This document shows, one piece after another, positions 18,301 to 27,791 of a stretch of 64,000 bases of DNA. Location: IMG/VR virus record IMGVR_UViG_3300020440_000012, positions 10,867 to 74,866 of that record, one strand, 5' to 3'. The position numbers were made by a program, and so were the translations under genes. The stretch is from a virus. Lineage: Duplodnaviria > Caudoviricetes. The notes below the pieces were generated by a model. The model was not told where the DNA came from and ran no database searches. It saw only the letters and a list, made by a program, of their open reading frames with translations. How positions within the stretch are numbered: the stretch's first letter is position 1; every line of letters begins with the position of its first letter.

Positions 18301-20199
18301 AGGACCTTCGGATACCTGTCCGGCAAAAAGTGCTACCGTTGATAGATACAATGTGTCACCATTAAATATAAAGACTGGTGTACTTGAATCACCAACTCTG
18401 GTATGATTGGGTCCTATTTTGTTGTTGTATCTACTCCATTTAAAATACTTATCTCTGTTGACGAGTTGGATGCCGGCTTTATCTAAAACTCCAATACCTA
18501 CTTTTGCTACATTTTCCTCACATGCGAAATATCCCTCTTTTGTGGGTCCACAACCTGGAACTATAAATTCTGTTCCTTTGCTTAAATCTTCCTGTGTTAA
18601 AAAGGTTGCAAATGCTACGTCTATTGTTATTTCATCTCTTAAGTGAAGTATGACGGTATCCGCTAACAAACATATTGCATAATCATTCCAATATGTTTCT
18701 TGTGTGTTACCACTTAGATCCATAAATGTTAGTGATCTGGAATTAGATGGAATATGAGTAGTATATGAAGGATCTCTAAACATAGTACCGCTATTGAAGA
18801 CTTCTCCGTTGAAAACATAGTCGTCCCAAACGTGTCTTGCCATTATGGCGTGTCTTGGTGAAAGTAATGTGGCTTTTCCCGCAAAAGCATGATACTTAGT
18901 TGTAATGCTAAAACATGTCATTGCTTTTTTGTAATACCAACAATCTGGATTCCATTCTATATCAGTTGCCGATTCGCTAGAACCTACTGCACCAGGAAAA
19001 GAAAGATCACTGGTTGAGTTTTGAGCAATAACAGGTTGTAAAGATTTAGAAGATAGACTTCCTGTAGTGCTTCTATATCTTGCATATGCTCTATTCTTAT
19101 CTTTCAAATTAATTGGATTTATATTAAAATCTGGAAGACCTTCTTCTGTGAATTTTGTGAGTACTTCTGTAACAGGTGATTGAAGATTTCTAGCAAAGGT
19201 AGGTATATCAGCAAATCCATGCAACTTGGGATTCTCCGGGGCATAATTACCTGGATATACACCTAAACTACTATCAATCGGGCCGATTTTCATACCGGTC
19301 TCAAAGCAAACACCTGTCAGAGTTCCTTTTTTATCTGCATACCCTAAAGTTTCATTTGAGCGTGCGCCGTGCAGAATACCTGGGATATAATTATCTCTTC
19401 CTGGTCCATTTGGATAGCTAAAGTTTTTTAAATATGTTTGTGATTCTGATCCTGAAAAATCTGAAATAACAACACCGTCTTTTGTTATTTTAAAATCGTC
19501 TAAGAATCCTTTTACATCACCTAGTACTACATTTGAAAAAACAGGTGATGCAACTGAGTAGTTTGTTTGCCAGAATGATGTGTCGAAAAAAGGTACTTCT
19601 GTATTTGCATTACCGATTGTATAAGCTTCTGGTTCGGCCAATTCATCGTTAATGAATACCTGAGTGTAAGGAGCGGTTTTTCTAAATACAAGTTTAAATC
19701 TACCGGATCTATATTTAAATTTATACCTGAGTTTATTACCAAGTCTTCCTCCGAGACTATAGTTAAATATCATTTTAAAGTTATCATTATCGGTTGGGTC
19801 GGATGAAAATCTAATTTCAAAATTAGGCAAAAGTGAAACACCCGCTGTAGGAGCTGAGTAAAACTGAAGAACTTTACAGTTCCATGTCGATTCCGGTCCT
19901 ACCAGACCTAGGTCTCTGTCATGCTGTAAAAAGAACTCTATCTCAAGTTTATCGGAGAAGTCTTTTAATAAATCCCATATACGGCTGTTTTTCCTTCGGT
20001 CTGCAAATCTTATTGAATAGTTGCCTGCGTTGTATAGCTTTACGTCTGAATTGTCGACCGGACTAGAGGTCGAGTCATCTACGAAATTACCGTGAACATC
20101 AGATTTTGCATCCTTGTTACCACTCGTATAATCAGTTATTGTTTTTGCTATTCTACCAATCGCATATGATTGTAAGTTATGTATTTCATCTAGTGACAT
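15355..20199 (-). CDS. 1614-aa probable virion protein with LamG-like regions and two trypsin-fold protease domains
   Basis: Twice: TLLSPRHA(I/L)xAxH, D(T/M)(V/C)xxxL(R/K)Dx(I), RVGDSS. Lies between the two neck paralogues. Confidence 0.7.
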   Translation of the reverse strand: MSLDEIHNLQSYAIGRIAKTITDYTSGNKDAKSDVHGNFVDDSTSSPVDNSDVKLYNAGNYSIRFADRRKNSRIWDLLKDFSDKLEIEFFLQHDRDLGLVGPESTWNCKVLQFYSAPTAGVSLLPNFEIRFSSDPTDNDNFKMIFNYSLGGRLGNKLRYKFKYRSGRFKLVFRKTAPYTQVFINDELAEPEAYTIGNANTEVPFFDTSFWQTNYSVASPVFSNVVLGDVKGFLDDFKITKDGVVISDFSGSESQTYLKNFSYPNGPGRDNYIPGILHGARSNETLGYADKKGTLTGVCFETGMKIGPIDSSLGVYPGNYAPENPKLHGFADIPTFARNLQSPVTEVLTKFTEEGLPDFNINPINLKDKNRAYARYRSTTGSLSSKSLQPVIAQNSTSDLSFPGAVGSSESATDIEWNPDCWYYKKAMTCFSITTKYHAFAGKATLLSPRHAIMARHVWDDYVFNGEVFNSGTMFRDPSYTTHIPSNSRSLTFMDLSGNTQETYWNDYAICLLADTVILHLRDEITIDVAFATFLTQEDLSKGTEFIVPGCGPTKEGYFACEENVAKVGIGVLDKAGIQLVNRDKYFKWSRYNNKIGPNHTRVGDSSTPVFIFNGDTLYLSTVALFAGQVSEGPGISRSVIGNIYNVVDGISSSEAKEEIHRCMSLLSSRNRTGTCSLTQLPMSGTSKQRLHWEGQGFVSLRQPLHIDYMRNTRNGKISFSYKKDTSEIIHKSGIPVVTAPCSAFMGSNYGHAGELVVDRFMFHDKNTFRSTGLFSMNHFQGSSGYHLGMGTYWELGAISGVVAFSGTQAPDSPTSAITSGWPITRKDNHVVDPYIIGQNVTVSNSQVTTAIVWNRFPGSRSTQISAGTKFRTGWARASYSQSIGIKYLGNPASHPISSITPVVTALTDFNTDRVKSPYRYIHGNYEKASREKGFICVDRDLGLKVDTSTPGFTLRLRRTPIFIGSFPLSSGNYTLTFGTTGTKLYIDNKEVQFTTITGSSNSASDLHSVIGSGNVPAGGSVSGSRYSNTNLQYDDGSVSRRRMVFAQNMYGICDNLVITGDANIGFDYTQSTSSHSYIEMPKRDEDGYEYDTSRQPSGVVNYYHDSINEGTIASGLFVNKTGDGTNSSSYTQRKYSRYSPTWLKLPATGFSTSGYPDGQLYDAPGWHEIGHNRCPQYINDYNFAENFDTRKQIYFSGLPSAVLSAKLRKQDIIIKPPTIYDKAYLKYKMSLSEEPGLEHLSGMPIILGFDNDRSGNLYRGGQYQIWPRVNSTSGVSAIERNLDCWYNKKPITCFSVYGNLHTFNTHMTLLSPRHALIASHIFDDFQKDTVFGGAYRAKSVNGYKYTLTAAASAYLYKTTQQLASSGIYGTPITNRIKQGASANAFAYFMDLDSNMQKGIIADFVAGTHPDDPGGQIYNPITREVVYRDGVAVSGFAGNSDGSSFHDMCVVLLKDPITLDVDYATFMSDSDIDTLSAGRGSIIACGPSKEGTFNIEDVGRHLNTSICTDVADPLFEWGRFSNRDAHQDRVGDSSSPGFLYNNNRLYLHVQALTVPNGIYTTRSSAIRHGSIGQPELFKGIQSRYSRNWIQNAMNYLSDINGVPRHDLVVVPLSAE

Positions 20200-22427
20200 T
20201 AATAATATCCTCCTCCACCATCATCGTCATCGTCACCTGGGTCACTTCCTCCACCACCTGAGTAGCCTCCCCCTCCTCCTTCTTCACTACCTGGGCTTGA
20301 GTAAGAAACTGTGATACCTGTTGATTGTGTGTTGGCTTGTGTTGTTGTCGATTCTGTTTCCTCTTCTTGATTAATTGATATTGTTTCATAGCTATCATAT
20401 CTTCTAGTAGCGTTACATTTCCATACATATTTTCCTAATAAAGGATTTATACCATCTGGTGTTATTGTTCTGTCGGCTATGTTCGTTATTTCGTAGTCAT
20501 AGTTTCTATGTCTCATGAAACTTAATCTGAAGAAATCACCAACTTCTGGTGCAATATTTTTGTTATAAATGTTTGGTGAGGTTTGATCGTAGTATAAGAT
20601 ACCTACATTTGCCGAACCTGAATATGTAGATGTTCCTATTGTTATTGTATCTATTGCTACAGCGGTGTGTGAGCCACCACTTATATTGTAATAGTCACTT
20701 CTTGCTATGTGAGGATTAACAGGTATTGAAACACCTTTGTTTTCGTCTACAGATAGTGTTGTCTTTTTGGTGTATGATGAAGTTGCAGAAGAACCTGTTG
20801 TTACATTTAGCGTGTATTTAAGTCCTGTTTTTCCATACCAGTCTTCGTTATATTCCTCGTCTGTGTTAAAATCTAGATCCGGTCTTTCTTGACCATAGTC
20901 ATCAGCCCATTGAGGTTGATTGGCACCAGAAAATCTCAAAGATAGTGTTACACCTCCGGAATGTTTTGTGCTGAGAGATGTATTTGAACTTAGTGCGGTG
21001 TTTATTGTATCTAAAACAGGTTCTTCTATCGTTACCTGATTTAGAAATCTATTAGGTTCTGCATGATCTACAATTATTCTACCTACACGACCGGTGAGTA
21101 GTTGTTGTGAAGGGATGGTCCTGCCATACCATGGTACATATTTTGTTTCCATATATCCACTACCACCATCGGTTATTGTATATCCAGTTAGTCTACCATC
21201 AACTAGTGTGTGTAGTGTAGCCGATGCTGTCTTCGTTGTTATTGAAGGTTTTGGTCCCAAAAACATATCATTAAAATTAGGTCCACCATTTGGCCATTCA
21301 TTAACATTAGGACCAATATCATAAAAGTGACCGGAGGTAACTAATATCGGTCTAATAACTCTACCCCTGTCTCCAAATTCCATGACTGCTGAAAGTGTTG
21401 CGGTAAAATCTTTAGTTGTTCCTGTTGGTCCACCAATGGAGAGTGTTGGTGTCGATGTGTAGCCTGCACCTGAATTTATTATACTTATTGCTGATACACT
21501 ACCATAGTAATCACCGGCAGGGTCTCTACCCACAACTGCACTTGCGGATGCACCTGTTCCTCCACCACCGGCTATTGTAACACTTGGTGTTGTCGTATAG
21601 TAGCTTCCAGAGTGTGTGACAGTTATACTTGTAACTATTCCGGAATCAACTGTTGTAGATGCCGTTGCGTTAACTCTAGGTAATGTTGGTGCAGGAGCGG
21701 AAAGAGTTGGTACTGAACTGTGATATGTGCCACCGGCCAACACAGCCGTACCGTACTCGGTCGGTTCGAAATAGCGAATCAGACTGGGAGCGAAAACTCT
21801 CATACCTAAGGAGTTACTATCAGCATTTACAAAACCCGCTCTAGGCATTTGAAGAGTACCGGAACAGGCTCTGTTTGCTGTAAAAGGAGGAGTAATTGCG
21901 ATTGATGGTGTTGATGTGTTTAAAAAGTATGAGTTACCAGAACTCACAATATCAAGTGCAGAAATGGTACCAGATGCCGTTGATGTAAAGTATGCTGAAA
22001 TTGGTTGATAATTCAGTGTATAACCACTAAAAGATACTTGATCGGCATATTCTTTTCTTTTACCTAGTTGAGATGCGAATCTTGTGTTAAAATCGTTAAC
22101 GGCAAAATAAACTGTTAAATTTTCTTCCGGTTGTAATCCAAATTTAGTTAGAGAGAACACATCATTCTCTATTTCAATATATGCGGGTATTCCTCCAGAA
22201 AGATAGAATGTTGGATCCATCGCTTCACCATAAATTAAATTTTCCAAGCCGGATACTCCTGGCGTAAGGTCTACTTTTTCTGGAAATTTAATATCGTTTT
22301 TAAAATAAGAGGTATCTACACCGTAATTCTGAATTAAATCATAAAAATAGTTCTCAAATAGCTTTCTTTCGTGTTTGAGTCCGTCTCTTCTTAAATACTT
22401 AACATTCTTGTTTGATCTCTTCGACAT
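20199..22427 (-). CDS. gp14: Neck protein gp14-like, paralogue B, with beta-repeat insert and Gly/Asp tail
   Basis: Same N- and C-terminal core as paralogue A (LIQNYGVDTSYF, LIYGE, PEVGDFF, YVWKC). The insert has GSxY(T/Y)TxPxVTI repeats typical of myovirus structural proteins. Confidence 0.7.
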   Translation of the reverse strand: MSKRSNKNVKYLRRDGLKHERKLFENYFYDLIQNYGVDTSYFKNDIKFPEKVDLTPGVSGLENLIYGEAMDPTFYLSGGIPAYIEIENDVFSLTKFGLQPEENLTVYFAVNDFNTRFASQLGKRKEYADQVSFSGYTLNYQPISAYFTSTASGTISALDIVSSGNSYFLNTSTPSIAITPPFTANRACSGTLQMPRAGFVNADSNSLGMRVFAPSLIRYFEPTEYGTAVLAGGTYHSSVPTLSAPAPTLPRVNATASTTVDSGIVTSITVTHSGSYYTTTPSVTIAGGGGTGASASAVVGRDPAGDYYGSVSAISIINSGAGYTSTPTLSIGGPTGTTKDFTATLSAVMEFGDRGRVIRPILVTSGHFYDIGPNVNEWPNGGPNFNDMFLGPKPSITTKTASATLHTLVDGRLTGYTITDGGSGYMETKYVPWYGRTIPSQQLLTGRVGRIIVDHAEPNRFLNQVTIEEPVLDTINTALSSNTSLSTKHSGGVTLSLRFSGANQPQWADDYGQERPDLDFNTDEEYNEDWYGKTGLKYTLNVTTGSSATSSYTKKTTLSVDENKGVSIPVNPHIARSDYYNISGGSHTAVAIDTITIGTSTYSGSANVGILYYDQTSPNIYNKNIAPEVGDFFRLSFMRHRNYDYEITNIADRTITPDGINPLLGKYVWKCNATRRYDSYETISINQEEETESTTTQANTQSTGITVSYSSPGSEEGGGGGYSGGGGSDPGDDDDDGGGGYY

Positions 22428-22581
22428 AATTATTTAACCCCGTTAATTACTATTTATAAACATTAATGATAAATAAGACTTGAATAAACATTTGTTATCA
22501 ATAAAAGTTTTGAAGATAAAAGATTTTTTGACTTTATGTTATAAATACAAATGTTACAAAACAAAAATCAGGAGAAAGACT

Positions 22582-23421
22582 ATGAGTAAGTTTTATGAAA
22601 AGCTAAAGAAGTTTGAAGAATCCTTAAGTGAGGAGTCTTCTCGCATCCAAGAAGCTATTGAAACCACAAAAAATGAAATTAAAGAGAGTGTAGATTCATA
22701 TTTAACACTTGAGGCAGACAAAGACTCATATAAAGAGTTCTTTATGTCTAAGCTTGAAAAATATGGCGTTTCTTCACCTGCCGAACTTGACGAAGAAGAG
22801 AAGAAGAAGTTCTTTGATGAGGTTGATAGAGAATATACCGGTGAGGTTGACGAAGACATGAAGCGTGAACTGGAAGAGGCAATCGTGCCACAATTTAAAT
22901 CAGACGATGATCGTGAAACGACAGAGCCTGTTGATGATAATTCAGGTGTCGAAACTGACGAGGAAGTTCCCGATGAAGTTGAAGAGGGTATGCACGAGCC
23001 TAAAGAAGAAGGGTATTATGGTAAGAAGGAAGAAGTAGATCATGATGAAACTCCCGAACCTACAAAAGAAAAGGTAGACCATGATGAGACACCTACAACT
23101 GAGGAAGACGAAGTTGAGGAAGGTATGCATGAGCCAAAAGAAGAAGGCTATCATGATAAAAAAGAAGGCGCTCATGACGAAATGGAAGAAGGCGCACATG
23201 AAGAAGAAATGGAAGAAAACGATGGTGTAACTACTGGACCGGGTGATTACGAAAACTTCCCTTCCGATGATGATGATCCTGTTAATGATTCACCAAGTCA
23301 AGATGTTCCTGGTGAATTAGAAGAGGAGCTTCAGAATCCGGAAGAGCATGATTTTAATGATGTCGAAATTTCTGATCTGAGAACAGGTGAGATGATTAGA
23401 CAGATTGCCAAAAAGGTTTAA
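22582..23421 (+). CDS. Very acidic repeat-containing late protein, probable head-internal protein
   Basis: RBS AGGAG before the ATG at 22582 and TATAAATA near 22540; repeats DEVEEGMHEPKEEGY (x2) and VDHDETP (x2). Confidence 0.7.
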   Translation: MSKFYEKLKKFEESLSEESSRIQEAIETTKNEIKESVDSYLTLEADKDSYKEFFMSKLEKYGVSSPAELDEEEKKKFFDEVDREYTGEVDEDMKRELEEAIVPQFKSDDDRETTEPVDDNSGVETDEEVPDEVEEGMHEPKEEGYYGKKEEVDHDETPEPTKEKVDHDETPTTEEDEVEEGMHEPKEEGYHDKKEGAHDEMEEGAHEEEMEENDGVTTGPGDYENFPSDDDDPVNDSPSQDVPGELEEELQNPEEHDFNDVEISDLRTGEMIRQIAKKV

Positions 23422-23446
23422 AAGACAACTACTGATTCTTGTTTTT

Positions 23447-23473
23447 AGGCGTACTTCGGTACGCCTTTTTTTT
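23447..23473 (+). terminator. Intrinsic terminator with cUUCGg tetraloop
   Basis: AGGCGTAC-TTCG-GTACGCCT followed by a T run; the UUCG loop is typical of T4. Confidence 0.9.
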
Positions 23474-24980
23474 ACACTTTAAACTTTACTACTTGCGTGA
23501 TGTCTTTGTTATATTCTTTTTTATAGATTTGTCTTCTTTCTTTAAAGTGTCTTTCTGAATACTTGAAGTTAAAGTTTATATCAAATAGGTTCATTGCTGA
23601 TTTAGTATCATGCTTTCTGAGTCCTCTACCTATACTCTGAATTATTTTTGTGCCGGATTTACTGTTAAATATAAATCCTATGTTATGTAGTTTCTTGATA
23701 TTGATGCCTGTGTTAAAGCATACACTTTGTGCCACAATGATAGCATTTTCGGTTTCTTCTATTGTGTTTCTTATTTTCTCTCTTTCGATTACGTCTATTT
23801 TACCATCGATATAAAAAACCTTATCTTTGTCTATTACTTTGCTTTTTACAAATTCATAAAAAGATTTACCAAACTCAATAAAGTCGAACAGATAGAGTGT
23901 ATTGGTGTTACAAGTTAAAGATTGTATGTAATCAAAAGGTTGTTCATAAAGTTTTCTCATATTGTCAACAATATATTTTCTTTCCATTTCATATGGCTCT
24001 TGTATGTTTTCGGACTTAACCCGTCTTTTAAGAGAGAATAGACATTGTGTATCTCTTTGCACCTCTCTGTCATGTACACTAACACTTGTTATAAAAAGAT
24101 CACTGATATAATCATCCTTCAGCATATCTTTTGCGATCTTTCTATACAGGACTGGTCCTATGTTACCTATAATGTCCCATTTTTTGTCAAGTGTGTTTGG
24201 TAAAGTAGCAGTACAACCAAACTTTATGTTTGTATCAAAGTCAGCTATCATATCGGATGAGTTGCTGTTTGGAGAAGAAAAAGAGTGTGCCTCGTCAACT
24301 TGAAGTACATCTATATTTGGTAGTTCGTCTTTATGATTCTGTAACCACTGTCTATTTGAAACTATGATAGGTGTATTTTTGCAAACCTTTTGTTTAGAAG
24401 AAAACATAGAAACATCATCATCTGTTAAACCGTACGATAACAAATCGTTGTAAAATTGTATTACAAGTCCTGTTGTTGGTACAAGTATTAGACAGTGTTT
24501 TATTTTTTCAGGTTCTGATTTTAATAAACTGTGAAGTGTTTTAGCTATCACGAAAGATTTACCAGAACCGGTAGCCATTACTATTATACCTCTACCATTT
24601 TTCAGATTCTTTTCAACCGCTTTATGTTGATAATCTCTATGCTCATGCTCGTCACTATCTTCACAAGGAAGTTCATGTACAACTGGTTTTATATCTAATG
24701 TTTTTAGTGGTTTGAAGTTTTTAATAATATCTTTATCTAGATCAATATCTATGTCTAACTTCTTCATAACACTGATCACGGAGACTAATAGACCTATTTT
24801 AAATACACCTAGTGCTGATATTCCATATATAAAATCAGGTGCTGAATATCTGGGATTATGATGTTGAACAAAGAACTTATTATCGTTTTCCGTCTTAAAG
24901 AAATTTCGTATAGGTTCTAACTCTTCGCTAGTTTCTGCCATTATTCGACAGAGACCTCTACCCTCGTATTTAATTTCCAT
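23472..24980 (-). CDS. uvsW: SF2 DNA helicase UvsW
   Basis: RDYQ, ATGSGKS, DEAH, GCTATL, IQSIGRGLR. Confidence 0.93.
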   Translation of the reverse strand: MEIKYEGRGLCRIMAETSEELEPIRNFFKTENDNKFFVQHHNPRYSAPDFIYGISALGVFKIGLLVSVISVMKKLDIDIDLDKDIIKNFKPLKTLDIKPVVHELPCEDSDEHEHRDYQHKAVEKNLKNGRGIIVMATGSGKSFVIAKTLHSLLKSEPEKIKHCLILVPTTGLVIQFYNDLLSYGLTDDDVSMFSSKQKVCKNTPIIVSNRQWLQNHKDELPNIDVLQVDEAHSFSSPNSNSSDMIADFDTNIKFGCTATLPNTLDKKWDIIGNIGPVLYRKIAKDMLKDDYISDLFITSVSVHDREVQRDTQCLFSLKRRVKSENIQEPYEMERKYIVDNMRKLYEQPFDYIQSLTCNTNTLYLFDFIEFGKSFYEFVKSKVIDKDKVFYIDGKIDVIEREKIRNTIEETENAIIVAQSVCFNTGINIKKLHNIGFIFNSKSGTKIIQSIGRGLRKHDTKSAMNLFDINFNFKYSERHFKERRQIYKKEYNKDITQVVKFKV

Positions 24981-25405
24981 TATGTTTGTTCCAGCTTAAT
25001 GGCGTCCAGAGCGTGTTTTACCGTGAAGTTAAAATCTGAAACTACATTAAGTGCATATTCCATAAATTGAACAACTTCATTTTGTTTAGAAATCATTTCG
25101 TTTATTTTTTTTATTTTGTCACTTTCTTTTGAAATCTTTTCTTCTAGTCGTATTCTTGACATACTTCTATATTGTGTGTCTTTAGTTTGTAGTCCTTCGA
25201 CACCTTTTTGTAACACAGTTGATTTCGCATCTTTTAATTTACGAACTGTTTCCTTTTCTTTAAAATATTTCATAACCCATTTGGCTCGAATGGTAGATAC
25301 AGTCATGGACTTATCCCTGACATTCATCAGGTTTACCTGCATATCTTCCATAAGCTCTTGACCAAGCTTGGCTATCATTTCGTTATCAAATTCCAAATCT
25401 TCCAT
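24980..25405 (-). CDS. uvsY: Recombination mediator UvsY
   Basis: 141-aa helical protein directly upstream of uvsW with the UvsY-like C-terminus FTVKHALDAIKLE. Confidence 0.75.
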   Translation of the reverse strand: MEDLEFDNEMIAKLGQELMEDMQVNLMNVRDKSMTVSTIRAKWVMKYFKEKETVRKLKDAKSTVLQKGVEGLQTKDTQYRSMSRIRLEEKISKESDKIKKINEMISKQNEVVQFMEYALNVVSDFNFTVKHALDAIKLEQT

Positions 25406-25634
25406 ACTACTAATTATACGCCAAATTATTTTTTTTTAATTTTTTACTATAAAATTTAGAGTCCGACTGGTATATAGGAGCGTAGCGAGTATATACTTTG
25501 CAAAGCCATTGATGCTAAAGACAGAGAATTAGCCAAAAGTATTAACCAAGACAAATTCTATAGTTTTCAACGCTCAAGAAATAGTGTTTTTATTGTAAAT
25601 AGCAATGATAGAACCTAATTAGGAGAATTTGAGT

Positions 25635-27782
25635 ATGAGAACAATACAGAGTCCAGGTGTTGAGATAAACGAAATTGACATTTCGCAAATAGCACCAGCT
25701 ATAGCGGGAACAAAATGTCTTGTGATGGGATTTGCTGACAGAGGTGAAGATAATACACCTTACGAGTTTACAAGTAGAAATTCATTTTTAAACTATTACG
25801 GAGAACCTACTAATGAAGCTGAATATTACTTTTACGATGCGGCCAACGAGATTCTTCAGCAAAACGGAGGACTAATAGCGGCCAGACTGCCATATGTCAA
25901 TACGGCCAAAGATAAATACAAAGGTGTATTTTTTGAGGTAGATACAGCTAGTGGCTTATCAACAACAAGCGTAAGTAGTGATTCTCTGTCTACAGAATTT
26001 TACGCACTTTCTTCTGAAAATCTATCAGGTGTACATAAGATTAGAAGAGTGTCAATATACTCAGATACAGTAACGCAAGAAGCAGTTGATGGATACAGAA
26101 CAGGTACAAAACCATCAGTGAATAGATTTGTTATCATCAACAAAAATAGGGATGCATTTGTAAAAGACTCTACAGATAGAGAATTAGGTGGTATATTTGC
26201 TATAGTAACAACACCTTTCAATGCTCTTGCAAACCAAGGACTAGTATCAAGTTCATTCACAACAAACCCATATAACGGTTGGAACTCAATAAATTATATC
26301 ACAGACAACGATGGTGATCCACTAACCAATGTTAATTTTGTTAATCCTATTTCTGGTGTAGACTTTCAAAAGCCTTCACTCGCAAGATCAATAGGTGCAT
26401 TATTTCCAACAATACAAACTGATGAAGATGGAAAGCTAGAAGAATACTTCTTAAAACAAATCATGATTGTTGTATGCAGAACCTTTGAAGACGTTGCACA
26501 AGCCGGTAAAACAGGTGTTCAAATATTAGAATCATTTGCGGGTTCCTTAAACCCAGCTTCTATCAATAACAGCACCGGAGAATCTATATTTATAGATGAT
26601 ATTGTAAACGAAAACTCAAACTATATTGAGATGTATTCTGATATAAGAGCTAGTAGATTAGCTTCGAACAAAAACACATATAAAACCGAAAATCAAAACG
26701 GAACACTAATGGCATTCACGGATGTTCAGACTGAAAAAACCATTACATTCAACTCAATAACCTCAGGAATAAATCAAGTTCTAGACAAAGTTAGAAATAT
26801 CGACCAAACCACAATCGATGTTGTTGTTGATGCTGGACTCTCAACGATTGCAAACATGATTGACGGTGATGGTAAATTCGATCCTACATCTGCAACCTCT
26901 GATGGTACAAATGCTCATCACAGAACTACCATCAGAAACAGAAATGATGTTGCAAATTGGCGTTCAATATGTACAGAACTTGTTTCATTCTGTAAAGACA
27001 AAAGAAAAGACTGTCTCGCAGTAATTGACGGACCTAGAAACTTAGTACTACAAGGAAACGAGAAGATTGAAAGAGCTTCTGCACCCACACAGTTAGTAGA
27101 TGTTGACATTCTACCTAAGATTAAATATCTTTCTGGTTTAAACTCAAGCTATGGAACTGGCAACATCATGTGGATGAAATCAATTAACGAGTTTTCAGGT
27201 GAAACAATTTATCTACCACCTTCGAACAAAGTAGCAGGTGTTATGGTGTACACCGACCGAGTATTTAATTACTGGGACGCACCGGCTGGATTTAACCGTG
27301 GTAGAGTATTTGGTGTAAACGATATTGCATTCAACCCTTACGGAAGACAATCAGACCTAATCTATACTAAAAACTGGAACTATGCTAAAAACTATCCAGT
27401 TGATGGTATCGTAATTGAAGGACAAAAAACACTTCAAACAAGAGAGTCTGCTTTTGATAGAGTTAATGTAAGAAGATTATTCTTAAGACTTGAAAGACTT
27501 ACCTATAATGTATTGAGATACTTCGTTTATGAACCAAATAACTTCTTCACAAGAACACAAATAGTTGACATTTTAACACCGGTATTCGAAAATGTTAAAG
27601 TTGCTGGTGGATTATTTGATTATAAAATTATATGCTCTGAAAAGAACAACACACCCGATGTTATTGACAGAAATGAGTTGAAAATTGCAATCATGCTTAA
27701 GCCTACAAGAACAGCAGAGTTCATTCTAGCAGACTTCTACGCTCTACGAACCGGTGCTTCCTTCAACGAGGTTATTCTATAA
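25635..27782 (+). CDS. gp18: Tail sheath protein
   Basis: IQSPGVEINEID, WDAPAGFNRG, GQKTLQ...SAFDRVNVRRLF, EPNNFFTR, KPTRTAEFI. Confidence 0.95.
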   Translation: MRTIQSPGVEINEIDISQIAPAIAGTKCLVMGFADRGEDNTPYEFTSRNSFLNYYGEPTNEAEYYFYDAANEILQQNGGLIAARLPYVNTAKDKYKGVFFEVDTASGLSTTSVSSDSLSTEFYALSSENLSGVHKIRRVSIYSDTVTQEAVDGYRTGTKPSVNRFVIINKNRDAFVKDSTDRELGGIFAIVTTPFNALANQGLVSSSFTTNPYNGWNSINYITDNDGDPLTNVNFVNPISGVDFQKPSLARSIGALFPTIQTDEDGKLEEYFLKQIMIVVCRTFEDVAQAGKTGVQILESFAGSLNPASINNSTGESIFIDDIVNENSNYIEMYSDIRASRLASNKNTYKTENQNGTLMAFTDVQTEKTITFNSITSGINQVLDKVRNIDQTTIDVVVDAGLSTIANMIDGDGKFDPTSATSDGTNAHHRTTIRNRNDVANWRSICTELVSFCKDKRKDCLAVIDGPRNLVLQGNEKIERASAPTQLVDVDILPKIKYLSGLNSSYGTGNIMWMKSINEFSGETIYLPPSNKVAGVMVYTDRVFNYWDAPAGFNRGRVFGVNDIAFNPYGRQSDLIYTKNWNYAKNYPVDGIVIEGQKTLQTRESAFDRVNVRRLFLRLERLTYNVLRYFVYEPNNFFTRTQIVDILTPVFENVKVAGGLFDYKIICSEKNNTPDVIDRNELKIAIMLKPTRTAEFILADFYALRTGASFNEVIL

Positions 27783-27791
27783 GGAGAAACA

